The notes under the pieces: generated by a model
What the model saw: the letters and a program-made list of their open reading frames with translations, nothing else
Database searches by the model: none
What the model was told of the DNA's origin: nothing
Translations under genes and position numbers: made by a program
Shown here: piece by piece, positions 51,596 through 63,239 of the stretch
How the letters are laid out: each line of letters opens with the position of its first letter
Numbering within the stretch: position 1 is the first letter of the stretch
Source of the DNA: Chiloscyllium plagiosum
Lineage: Eukaryota
Reading direction: 5' to 3'
DNA: 64,000 nt
Assembly (NCBI RefSeq): GCF_004010195.1
Contig: NC_057733.1
Span: 2,890,148 to 2,954,147 of the forward strand

Positions 51596-51984
51596 TTTAT
51601 CAAAAACAAATTACAATTTATTATATATTTCCTCCCTTCCCTGAACAAAACATGATCCTGGTTAAAACTGTACCAATGGATGCTGCCCAATAATCTTATG
51701 TTAAGTGTACATTTTGAATAGCCCAAAGCCATACAAAGCAGAGACCCAGGTTTCATTTGGATGCTGTATCAGTTCATCTCCAATTAGGTGGTGTTCCTAC
51801 ATTTGCCCTGTGTTATAGTGAAAAACATTACAGGTACTGAGTGAAATTGGACAAGGTGTAAGTTTGGCTGTAGGAAACTGGATGGGTTAGATATTGAGTA
51901 TTTTGTTTGGACATGCCCTTTGTACTTGTATGGTACTATGTTGCCATTCACTTGTTAAATTGTCTGAATGTTCATGGTGCAATA

Positions 51985-52290
51985 GATTCTATTACCTACA
52001 GTGTGGAAACAGGCCCTTCGGCCCAACAAGTCCACACCGACCTTCTGAATGGAAACCCACACCCCTATATTTACCCCTGACTAATCCACCTAACACTACG
52101 GGCAATTTAGCATGGCCAATTCACCTAACCTGCACATCTTTGGACTGTGGGAGGAAACCAGAGCACCCAAATGAAACCCACACAGACACGGGGAGAATGT
52201 GCAAACTCCACACAGACAGTTGCCTGTGGTGGGAATTGAACCCAGGTCCCTGGTGCTGTGAGGCAGCAGTGCTAACCGCTGAGCCACCAA
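51985..52290 (-). mobile_element. HE1-like tRNA SINE
   Basis: Reverse complement of the SINE head and body. Confidence 0.85.
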
Positions 52291-52413
52291 GCTCATGAAA
52301 ACTGCCTTGTTGGTCAAATTTTAAGCTTGAGGCAATGTTTGAGCTTCTGACACTACTGCTGATGGAGTCAAGCCCTGGCTGAGTGCTTTCTAATCTGTAC
52401 TTTATTTTTCCAG

Positions 52414-52505
52414 GGGTCCTGGAGGAGGCAGAGTTTTATAACATTGCGTTACTCGTTCGGCTGGTCAAAGAACGCATTAGGGACCTGGAGAATAGGACTT
52501 CACAG
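52414..52505 (+). CDS. KCTD2: KCTD2 exon 3 ([30 protein letters not shown])
   Basis: Acceptor tttttccag, donor CAG|GTGAGA, 92 nt. Confidence 0.97.
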
Positions 52506-52909
52506 GTGAGAACCTACCCTTGGATTAACCATTTGGTAATTTATTTTACTGGAAACGAGATCGCTCCAACTCAGGTTTCTGACATCTCTCTGAAACCAGT
52601 CTATGTTTATGTACAAAAGCAGAGTGCGAACATGGGGATCATCAAAGTGTGTTGCACACATTACAGGACCCTGGACAGTGAAGTGAAGTTGGGAATGGAA
52701 ATTTCAAAAGTAATTTATCTAATTTTTTTTTAATTGGCAGTGTCCTTAGGTGTTTGGCACAAAATGTATAGTCGGCGTGTTTGGTGATCTTTCAGAGACT
52801 GTTTAGGTTGCACCAATGAAAAAACAAACTCTCCAATGTATAATCCCTGACCAGATTCACCAGAAGCTGGCACTTCTAACCAGTAGGCCAAAGGAGACAT
52901 AAGCTTGCC

Positions 52910-53640
52910 AACACGTGGCAAATGCAGTTTAATTTTGATAAATGCGAGATGTTGAATTTTGATAAGCCAAAATCAATGGTAGAGTCCTGGGTTGTGTTGT
53001 CAAATGGAGAGATCTAGAGGTTCAGATAAATAGTTCCTTGAAAGTGGCACACCTGACTTCATTGGTCAGAACATTGAGTAAAGGAGTTGGGACATCTTGT
53101 TGAGGCCACTTTTGGAGTATTACATACAATTCTGTTCGCCCTGCCATAGGAAGGATTTTATTAAACTGGAAAGAGTGCAGAAAAGATCTAAAAGGTTGTT
53201 AACGAGACTGGAAGGTTTGGGTTATAACGAGAGGCTGGCTAGGCTGGGACTTTTTTCCCTGGAGTATACGAGGCTGATGATCTTACAGAGGTTTATAAAA
53301 TCATGAAAGGCATACATAAGGTCTTTTCTCTCGAGTAGGAGAGTCTAAAACTAGAGGGCATAGGTTGAAGGTGAGGGGGAAAAGATTTAAAAGGGACCTG
53401 GGAATCAGTGTTTCCAGAGAGCGGTACGTATATGGAATGAACTGCCAGAGGAAGTGTTAGAGGTGGGTACAATTACAACATTTAAAAGACATTTGTGCAG
53501 GTACGTGAATAGGAAAGGTTTAGAGTGATTTGGGCCAACCGCGGGCAAATGGGACTAATTTAGTTTATGAAACTAGATCGACATGGATGAGTTGGACGAA
53601 AGGGTCTGTTTCCATGTTAGGTGACTCTATGACTCTGTAA
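52910..53640 (+). mobile_element. CR1 3' fragment
   Basis: RPLLEYYIQFCSP...KLERVQKR; GACTCTAT tail. Confidence 0.8.
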
Positions 53641-54700
53641 CCAGAAAGATAGATCCACCATCTCTCAGTTGGAGTGGAAAAATTTCCCACATTTCCAGAT
53701 ATCCAAGTCACCAAGTCCCAGAGGACCACAGGATTATTCTCTCATGAGAGAGATGACCCGTGGTGAATTTAACCTGAGGGTCATCATGCCTCAGGACAGT
53801 TTGAAAAGGCGAGGCCTTCATGAATACCTCAGCTGATGTAGAAACAGTATTAGCTAGAAATGGACACAGCTGAATGCTATATGTGCGGTGAGAAGATACA
53901 TTTGATCAAGGGTCCTTGAAGTTCAGTTCAATGGATCAGAGAGAAGCTAACCATTGATTTGGAACAAAGAAAGATGGTTATGATTATTGGAGGTCAATCA
54001 CTTTAGAAATTCTGATGCTTCACTTCTTACCTGAGCAGATTTAGAACATAGAACATAGAACATAGAAGAATACAGCGCAGTATGGAACAAAGAAAGATGG
54101 TTATGATTATTGGAGGTCAATCACTTTAGAAATTCTGATGCTTCACTTCTTACCTGAGCAGATTTATCTCCCTTCCCTCTATCCCCTGTTCTCTCATGGC
54201 TGTTTCTGAATGATGCTGCAGTGTTCAGTTTCATTTGGAATTCGCCAGATAACCAAGCAGACCATGCCTGCATGCAGCAAGACTTGGGAATCATTCTGAC
54301 TTGGTGTGATTGGTAGGAGCAACAGCCATAATGCTTTTGAATTTATACAGCACCATTAATGTCTGAAAACTCCTCAAGATGCTTCACAGAAATGTTATCA
54401 AATAAAGTTTGTCATGGAGCAATGGATAACTGAAGATTTGGTCACATGGACTGCAGTGGTTCAAGAAAGCATCTCACCATCACTACCTCAAGAGGCAGCT
54501 AGGGATGGACAATAAATGCTGGTCCAGCCAGCAATACCTTAAATGAAATTTTTTTAAAAAAAAGGAAAACTTTAAGGTTTGCCTTAGCAGAAGAAAAGAA
54601 AAGGAAGAAAAGGGTTTGTTTCTTTTTTGCCTTTGACTGCTTTATGAATGAATAAAGATCGCTATGCTAGTATTTCTAATTATCGCTGTTTGCTCCATAG

Positions 54701-54805
<105 letters not shown>

Positions 54806-55579
54806 TAATTATCAGTTATTATTAAATGGGATCTACGGTTTTGACAAGGTTGAAACCATCAATGGGCACTGCACTGCAACTGTACTTGCAAGTATACTTT
54901 GAACACTGAGGGGAGCTGTTATTGAGGTGTAAGGATTTTAAAAGCAACAGTTTGACCTAAACAGTAAAAAGTGGAAAATGACACAACCCGAAGTAGGGCT
55001 AACAATAATCCAGTTTAATCTCAAAAGATAAACAGAATGGAGTGGCAGAAAGGGGAGGGAATATATGCAACAGAATGCTAGGTATGTGATGCAAGGTGGA
55101 CAGTAAGCAAATTTCAGTGGAAGTGAAGTCAATTTTTTTGGTCAGGAGTGCAGTTGAGGGTTGTGTTAGGCAGAATGTTGCTGAGTTTGTTTGAAATATC
55201 AGGGAGGACTGCTTCTGTGGTGCTTTATCCTTCTACATTTCAACGATGGCTAGGGTAGGAATTTTTATGTCATCCTGTAGACCTTTTGAAACAATGTTTG
55301 TATAAACATTTGAATGATGTTTTGCACTCAGTTTACCAGTATGTGGAGAGGATGACTGTGTTGCAATGCAGATCTACTATATAATATTAACTTGCAGGTG
55401 TGTTTCTGAGGAATTCTTCCAAGCTATTTTTAGCAAAGAGGATCTGTTTAGTAAAAGCTCCATTGCCCAACCTGGTTCTCATGGAGGATTTGGGGCTGGG
55501 GGGGGTCAGTGGTGGTGGTACAGCATAACACATTTATATTTCTTAATCATTGGGTTGTGTGACATGTTTTTTTTGGTTG

Positions 55580-55897
55580 ATTAGATTAGATTCCCTTCAG
55601 TATGGAACCAGGCCTTTTTCGGCCCAACTAGTCCACACCGACCCTCCGAAAAGTAACCCACCCAGACCAATTCCCCTACATTTGCCCCTGACTAATGTAC
55701 CTAACACGATGGGTAATTTAGCATGGTCAATTCATCAATTCACCTGCAATTCTTTGGATTGTGGGAGGAAACCGGAGCACTCGGAGAAAACCCACACAAA
55801 CGTGCAAACTCTGCACAGACATTCGCCCAAGGCTGGAATCAAACCCAGATCACTGGCACTGTGAGGCAGCAGTGCTATCCACTGAGCCATGGTGCCA
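55580..55897 (-). mobile_element. HE1-like tRNA SINE
   Basis: Same family as 51985-52290. Confidence 0.85.
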
Positions 55898-56187
55898 CCC
55901 CACATTTATAACAATATTTAGCAGAATTTCTAAGCAATTCTAAAGACTTAAATTGGTCATTTGAGTAATGAGTAAGAGGCTTTTAGAAGTGCCAGGAAGC
56001 AGATCTAACTAATTAAACTATTTTCCTGCTATTTAAGTTAAAAAGAGCGATCTAGACAGAGACAAGCTCGGCTCCAATTCCTGATCACATTCCATGCTGT
56101 ACATCTCTATGACTCTAAGTGGGTGGGGCTCAGGACTGCACTAAGTTGAGTATAACTCGCACTGATATTGTGTTTACCCCTGGTTTC

Positions 56188-56525
56188 TTAGAATCCCTGC
56201 AGTGTGGAAACAGACCTTTCGGCCCAACAGTTTACACTAACTCTTCGAAGAGCATAGAATAGCACACCTATCCTATCCGTGTAACTCTGCATTTCCCATA
56301 GCTAATGCACCTAACCTACACAGCCCTAAACACTATCGATAATTTAGCATGACCAATCCACCTAACTTGCACTTCTTTGGACTGTGGGAGGAAACCGGAG
56401 CACTCGGCAGAAACCCGTGCAGATACGGGGAGAACGTGCAAACTGCACACACAGTCACCTGAGGGTGGAATCGAACCTGAGTCCCTGGTGCTGTGAGGCA
56501 ATAGGGCTAACCACTGAGCCACCAT
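56188..56525 (-). mobile_element. HE1-like tRNA SINE
   Basis: Same family as 51985-52290. Confidence 0.85.
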
Positions 56526-56799
56526 TCTGATCTGGTCTGAATAGAATTCATAGGCATGTGAAGTCACATGAACATACAAGTTAGCAGCAGGAGAAGGCCT
56601 TTTGGCACCTCAAGCATCAGGTCAGAAGCAGGTTGCCTTTCAATGTGGGATTCCTCTCCCAGTTAATTTGTTGGGCAGGTTTTTTTTGGGAGAGTGAGGA
56701 GCTTGATTGGTTGGTGTTCAACTCACTCAGTACCAAGGTTCATAAAAATCTCCCAGTCCCATCTGCACATTCTTGCCCTGTCCTCCTCTTTCCTGTGCC

Positions 56800-57400
56800 C
56801 CCTTTTGCATGTGCAGTGCTCACACGCTCTCCCTGTCTTACATGAATGTACCTTCTCATGCACATGTATGCACACACATTCCCTCATAGGCATGTGTATG
56901 TGTGCTCCTTCCATTATATGATCACCCATATGAGTGCTGTCACTCATGCATGCATCAATGTACACATTCTCCCTTTCATGCACATCTGCAAACTACCCAC
57001 CCAACCCCCATTGGCATTCAATTTTTCCTGTGCATGTAGGACTATTGCTGGCAACATTCCCAGTGTGCACCCCATGTAGGCTCATTTGATGAACTTTGTA
57101 TGTGTGTACAGATTACACATGGTTAGGATGGGGAGACTGCATGTTTAGATCTTTCCCTCATGTGCACACTGTACCAAGCTTTCACTCATATTCACCCATT
57201 CTCTCAGGTGCACACACATACTCTCACCCTGTATTGCATGTGTGCACAGCCTTCTGCAGGGATGAGACATGCACAAACCTTCCCTTTGTGTGCCCACATT
57301 GACATGCATACATGCATGTGCACACACAGGCCCTTCCTCACAGTGCAGGTATACAAGCATGCATAGGTACTTCCTATGCATGTGCATATGGGCGCAGGTC
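56800..57400. repeat. Degenerate CA/TG (CATGCACA-like) low-complexity tract
   Basis: Dense catg/caca/tgtg words give spurious His/Cys/Met-rich ORFs on both strands. Confidence 0.7.
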
Positions 57401-57789
57401 TGAACCGGCCATCTGCAGTGGCCAAAGAAGCCACTCAGTTCAAGGGCAATTAGGGATATGCAACTAGTGCTAGCTTGGCTGATATATCCATGACAGAGTA
57501 AAGAATAGAAGAGATATTCCCTGTCTGGTCTGAGAGTTAAGATTAACGTTTCATAGTTCCTGCTGAATCTCCAAGCCAGTGGCGGCCCAATCAGCACTCT
57601 GCTCATGCTGTATAAATTCGTGTTCCTCTTTTCAAGTCTGAGTCTTGTGTTCTATTCCTATGAATGCAAAACAAAACATTTTGATTTTTCTCCTTTTAGC
57701 AGTGTTTAACTTATGTACTACTAAGAATTGTTTTTAAAGACGAACCCTACAAAGACAACTTATCTTGGTTCTTTAACTTTTGAGGCAGC

Positions 57790-58535
57790 TACATAGTCAT
57801 AGAGATATACAGTACGGAAACAGACCCTTTGGTTCAACTCATCCATGCCAACCAGATATCCCTATATAAATCTAGTCCCATTTGCCAGCATTTGGCCCAT
57901 ATCCCTCTAAACCTTTCCTGTTCATATACCCAGGAGCCTTTTAAATGTTGTAATTATACCAGCCTCCACCACTCCGCTGGCAGCTCATTCCATACCCACA
58001 CCACACTCTGCACGAAAAGGTTGCCCCTTGGTCCCTTTCATATCTTTCCCCTCTCACCTTAAACCTGTGTCCTCTGGTTTTGGAATCCCCCACTCCAGGG
58101 AAAAGACCTTGCCTGCTTACACTATCCATGCCCTTCATGATTTTATGAACCTCTATAAAGTCCCTCCATTTCCGACGCTCCAGGGAAAATAGCCCGAACT
58201 ATTCAACCTCTCCCTGTAACTCCAACCCTGCCAACATCATCTCAGATGAACTCCGATGTTCAGAGGTATTTGAAATCAAACAGCAGAGGCAGTAGCTGTG
58301 AAGGCTCACTGCTGGGTCACACAACAGTGCAGGTGTCTTTCTTGTTTGATTCACTGACCATGTGACCCTTGTCTCCTTTTGATCTTTTTTCCCCCCAAAG
58401 TTCCAAAACAATGCAACAGCTTATAAAACAGTGATTACTGCTCCTGGAATTTGGGGAAATCCTACACTGAAAATACCTCAAAAAAAGGAGCAGCTCTTAC
58501 AGCCATAATTATTTCCTGTCCTCCATCTTAGATTA
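57790..58535 (-). mobile_element. Internally deleted CR1: 5' UTR segment joined to the 3' end
   Basis: 58535-58245 matches the CR1 5' UTR at 22770-23090; 58240-57790 is the ORF2 C-terminus and tail, in the same orientation. Confidence 0.7.
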
Positions 58536-58669
58536 GCGAGAGATCTCTCCAAATGTTTGCAGTATCTCATTAATGGAGAAAATGTCTGTGCAGCAGGAGG
58601 CATGTGTAATTATACTTGGTGCACTAATAAATGTATTACACGTAATTTAAATTCCATGTTCTTTCACAG

Positions 58670-58795
58670 CTCATTAGCATTGGATCCTCCTATAACTATG
58701 GCAATGAAGATCAGGCTGAATTCCTTTGTGTTGTCTCCAGGGAGCTAAATAACTCGACTAATGGAATTGTCATAGAGCCCAGTGAAAAAGCCAAG
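58670..58795 (+). CDS. KCTD2: KCTD2 exon 5 ([42 protein letters not shown])
   Basis: Acceptor ctttcacag, donor AAG|GTACTG, 126 nt. Confidence 0.97.
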
Positions 58796-59091
58796 GTACT
58801 GCTCTGCCATCCATTCACCTCTAGTTCTCTCTCACACTCTCGCTGCCACAAGACATGCCGACCTCATGCTGGCAAGTTACGACAGTTTGAGATATTCTTT
58901 GCATTTTGTTGTTACTGGTTAGAATGTGGAACGTGCTAAAGTGGAGAAGGTCGGACAGCTGGACAGAAGGGATGGGGGATACTTGACATGGTGGGGTTGA
59001 GATCTACCAACTTGGGTTTGCTTGACCAAATTTTCCCACCCCTTTAAAACCTCTAATGAACTTATCTCCCGATATTATTTTCTGGAAACAG

Positions 59092-59121
59092 ATTCTGCAA
59101 GAGCGAGGCTCAAGAATGTGA
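59092..59121 (+). CDS. KCTD2: KCTD2 exon 6 (ILQERGSRM*)
   Basis: Acceptor ggaaacag. Conserved KCTD2/5 C-terminus, TGA at 59119-59121. Confidence 0.95.
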   Translation: MLQERGSRM

Positions 59122-59809
59122 CTTACTGAATCGGAATTGCTGTTTCAATTCTGAACCTTGAGGAGGAAGCCTCCACTAGTTGGGGGCATCAAACCTTTGC
59201 CACACTCAGACACCGGCCTCTTGATGTTTTGGTTCACATGGGCCTCCTTGATCAGTGGGCTCATTTTACTGAAGAACTCAACCTCTCTGCCTTTCGCTTG
59301 AAGCCTGTGAGAGGCTTACAGCACTACTCAAGAATTAAAGCTGCCAAATCTCCCCATGTTTTTTTTTGTTGTTGCGTGATAAGTATATATTCAACCAATG
59401 CATTTAATTGCCTTTAACGGACCTGTGGTGTTGCTCATTCCTTGGCGACTAGAAAGCAGAGCCAGTGTATCATTGTATCTGCTTTGTGAGAATTCCTTTC
59501 TGTTCTTCCTATGGATCATTGTGTGCATGGATTTCACTCAGTGACTTTTGAGGGGAGGTGAATGATGCAGTATAACAATTGAGTAAACAATTATGTGAAA
59601 TTCCACAATTCTTGTCAATCTTGTTCCTCTTTCATCGCTGTACTTTTATGACATGATGATGGGATGATTAAACCACACAGTATTGTCATTGAAGTGTGCT
59701 GCATTTATAGATCTTTTGAACTCTGACAATTTGAAATGTTCAACTCATGTGACATACAGTTCTAGGTTACGTCCTTCAAAATGTAGGTTGTGTTGAAGTT
59801 AGTTGAAAC

Positions 59810-60335
59810 TCTACGACACTGGTATAGTAATGGTGGGGAAAGGTCTCTGTATAACACCTGTACAGAATGAGGACAGATCTGTCAGTGTACAACACTGGGG
59901 TACTGTACTGGTTGGGTCAGGTCTATCACTATAACAATACAGTACTGATGGATACAGGTACAATACCATTGGGTTCAGGTCTGTCAGTGAACAGGTACAG
60001 TAGTTTTCTCATTATATAACATGGGGTAGTACTAGTAGCTAGAGGTCGATTGCTGGATAATACCCCATGGAACCCCTGGTGGGGACAGTTCTCACTATAT
60101 TGCACAAACATGGTACTAGTGGGTGAAGTTCAGTCATGAAATAACATTGGGGTCAGGTCATACTGTACAATGTGGGGACAGTACTAAGTGGTACAGGCCT
60201 GTCTCTCTCTGTCACAATTGATTTTAGGTCACTGAACAACACCAAGGTTGCATATAGGTGGGCACAGTTGTTCACTGTATAATGGGTAAAGATAGGTCAT
60301 TGTATAATCCAGATACAGTACTACTGGGCAAAGCT
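59810..60335. repeat. Degenerate copies of the 44-bp minisatellite downstream of the KCTD2 stop codon
   Basis: Recurring ctgtcagtgtacaacactggggtactgtactgg-type units. Confidence 0.7.
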
Positions 60336-61182
60336 CTGTGTCTTTCTACAGTTCTGTCTGCAAGATGCACTGCGGCAACTTGTCAAGCTTCCTTCAATAG
60401 GCACGTTCCAAACAAGTCTTCTACCAGCTCAGAAGGACAAGAGCAGCAGGTGCATGGGAGCTCCTCAAAGCCATGCACCATCCTAACTTGGAACTATATT
60501 GCTGTTCATTCACTGTCTATAGGTCAAACACCCATTCCTAATGGCACTGCGGCAATTCAAGAAATCTGTTTCTCACACCACCTTCAGAGCAATAAACGCT
60601 GGCCTTCCAGCATGTCACTGACTGCAATCAGGGCTTTTGGGAAGTTCTACATTTTGAAGTTGTTCTGATGTGTTTTTAAAGGGAGTATTAAATGCATATT
60701 ATTTGAAGTCTTGAAAACACCAAGGTAAGATCCCTCCCTGCTTTGTGTATAAGATAAGACATGGTTCAAACAATGTAGCAAAATGGCACTCATTCAAGTC
60801 AGATAGTGATCAAGAAAAAACATTTTTGTTCTTTCTTCCTATTATTTCTGAATTTGCTGGGCAGTTTCCTGCCTCTGCTAGTCAGAGCACTATGCATAAA
60901 TCAAAAATTGGACTCAGTTGTCTCTATGGTAACATTTTTCTCTGCCCTTTAACTTTGATGCATGGTGCTAAGCCCAGCTACAACACCCATCTTTCCTAGT
61001 ACCACTTATTGCTAATTAAGTGCTGAAACCAGCACTTTTGGTATATGTCTCAGCTATTGACAGTGATCCTGCTATCCTATGGGCTTGCAATTCCTCTCTA
61101 TTGTGTTTGAATAAGTCAAGAAACCCTTTGAGTTTTAAATTAAAAATTGTCAACAAAAATGACATGATATCTACAATTTACT

Positions 61183-61188
61183 TTTATT
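61183..61188 (-). terminator. Polyadenylation signal AATAAA for the microprotein gene
   Basis: tttatt on the plus strand, ~200 nt downstream of the stop codon. Confidence 0.55.
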
Positions 61189-61391
61189 ACAAACATATAT
61201 ACATCCTTAAAATTGTTGTGTAACTTTAACCTTCATTCATTCTTTTAAAGAGCATTTCAGAAGCATTGTGTATCGTACAAACATTCATCCTGGTTTTGTT
61301 CAGTCTGAGTGTCATGCTTGAGCACCATGCCTGGTTGCAGAGCACTACAATTGGCTACTCAAGTGGGGAAGTTCATTCCTGTTTCCCAAGT

Positions 61392-61524
61392 TCATCGTGG
61401 TCTTTTCTTCTCGTCCAATTCCTGCAGTTGTTTTTCTCTCCGTTCCAGGATCACCTGCAGCTTTTCATTATATTTGTCACGTTCCTTAGCACGAATCTCT
61501 TCAATATCTGGGAAGAAACTGTGC
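61392..61524 (-). CDS. Unrecognised 75-aa microprotein, exon 2 (HSFFPDIEEIRAKERDKYNEKLQVILERREKQLQELDEKKRPR*)
   Basis: Acceptor gttgaacag, phase-compatible with exon 1. Charged helical sequence ending in TGA at 61394-61392. AATAAA at 61188-61183. Confidence 0.75.
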
Positions 61525-62874
61525 CTGTTCAACACACACAACAATGCCAGGTAGTGCAAGTCATGACGAGCTACTTCACAACTTTATGCCTGACACATTC
61601 CTCATTGCCCTCAGGACATTAAAACTAAATCACAGCTGGCATATGCCTCAAACTACATGTGGGCTCAGACCATGCAGGGGCCACAGCTTTCACCCTGACA
61701 TGTTTAAAAAATACCTAACTGCCTTAAGTACAACACAGCACTTTGCAAGAGTCCAGAAGTTACTAAATTTAATTAAATGTGTCAGAGGTCACTGGTGCGA
61801 TTTGAACTGATTACCGCTGAATATTAGTGTTGGTCGTCATTACCTCAGCAAGTCACTTTCAACAAAATTATGATTTGGAGATGCTGGTGTTGGACTGGGG
61901 TGTACAAAGTTAAAAATCACACCACACCAGGTTATAGTCCAACAGATTTAATTGGAAGCACTAGCTTTCGGAGCGACGCTCCTTCTGGGGGGAGGGGGCA
62001 CCACCAGTCTCTGGGCAAGGAAGGTGGGGTGGGGAATATCACCACGGGGAGAGGAGGGGAACACCTCAGTTGCTCGGGAGGAGGATAGGAAAGGGCGGGA
62101 AGGAGTGAGCACTCCAGTCCCCGTGGGTGNNNNNNNNNNNNNNNNNNNNNNNNNNNNNNNNNNNNNNNNNNNNNNNNNNNNNNNNNNNNNNNNNNNNNNN
62201 NNNNNNNNNNNNNNNNNNNNNNNNNNNNNNNNNNNNNNNNNNNNNNNNNNNNNNNNNNNNNNNNNNNNNNNNNNNNNNNNNNNNNNNNNNNNNNNNNNNN
62301 NNNNNNNNNNNNNNNNNNNNNNNNNNNNNNNNNNNNNNNNNNNNNNNNNNNNNNNNNNNNNNNNNNNNNNNNNNNNNNNNNNNNNNNNNNNNNNNNNNNN
62401 NNNNNNNNNNNNNNNNNNNNNNNNNNNNNNNNNNNNNNNNNNNNNNNNNNNNNNNNNNNNNNNNNNNNNNNNNNNNNNNNNNNNNNNNNNNNNNNNNNNN
62501 NNNNNNNNNNNNNNNNNNNNNNNNNNNNNNNNNNNNNNNNNNNNNNNNNNNNNNNNNNNNNNNNNNNNNNNNNNNNNNNNNNNNNNNNNNNNNNNNNNNN
62601 NNNNNNNNNNNNNNNNNNNNNNNNNNNNNNNNNNNNNNNNNNNNNNNNNNNNNNNNNNNNNNNNNNNNNNNNNNNNNNNNNNNNNNNNNNNNNNNNNNNN
62701 NNNNNNNNNNNNNNNNNNNNNNNNNNNNNNNNNNNNNNNNNNNNNNNNGGGACACCCCGGGTCTCCGGGGGGGTTGGCCAAGAAGGGGTCACTCCTATTT
62801 CTCTAAAGTGGTGGTGGGGAGGGAGAACACCCCAGCCCCGGGTTGGGGTGGACACCCCCCGGCCGCTGCCTGAC

Positions 62875-62969
62875 CTGTACAGAAAGGCGGACACCATCCC
62901 GACACCGACCGCCGCAAACAGCAGCGGCTTCCCCCATCGCTTCCGCACCGACAACTGGCTCTGCCTCAT
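62875..62969 (-). CDS. Unrecognised 75-aa single-TM microprotein, exon 1 (MRQSQLSVRKRWGKPLLFAAVGVGMVSAFLY-R)
   Basis: GCC-ATG in a CpG island, donor AG|GTCAGG, 95 nt, phase 2. Basic N-terminus followed by a ~17-aa hydrophobic segment. Confidence 0.75.
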
Positions 62970-62974
62970 GGCCA

Positions 62975-63035
62975 CGCCGTACTTCCGGTGAGGCCGGAAA
63001 CAGCTCCGTCCACGGCAGCGCGCGTGCGCAGGCCC
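62975..63035 (-). promoter_or_regulatory. Promoter of the microprotein gene with ETS/GABP and NRF1 motifs
   Basis: CCGGAAGT on the minus strand at 62988-62981 and a second CCGGAA core at ~62994-62999. TGCGCACGCGCG on the minus strand at 63030-63019 fits the NRF1 consensus YGCGCAYGCGCR. Confidence 0.7.
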
Positions 63036-63239
63036 CGGGGTCACCAGGGAGAGGGGTCACCAGGGAGAGGGGTCAAGTGTCAGAGCATCAGCTCAGTGAA
63101 CTTTTCAAAACTCTGAAGGACAAAATCCTGCTCTTCGAGGATAAAATTCTGTTTAATTGGAACTGTTCAGCGGGCTGACACGTGGTGGAATCACAGGATA
63201 TTAAATTGGGAATTATCAACATGTGAGTGTAGTAACCAT

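Noticed and set aside
56694-57606. His/Cys/Met-rich ORFs suggesting a metal-binding protein
   Set aside because: They translate CA/TG low-complexity intronic DNA, and similar ORFs appear in several frames on both strands.
61932-63044. Long ORFs (370, 284, 277 aa) in the ORF track, and similar ones at 1266-2128 and 25062-26249
   Set aside because: They are artefacts of reading through N gaps. Only 62875-62969 and the LINE parts are supported.
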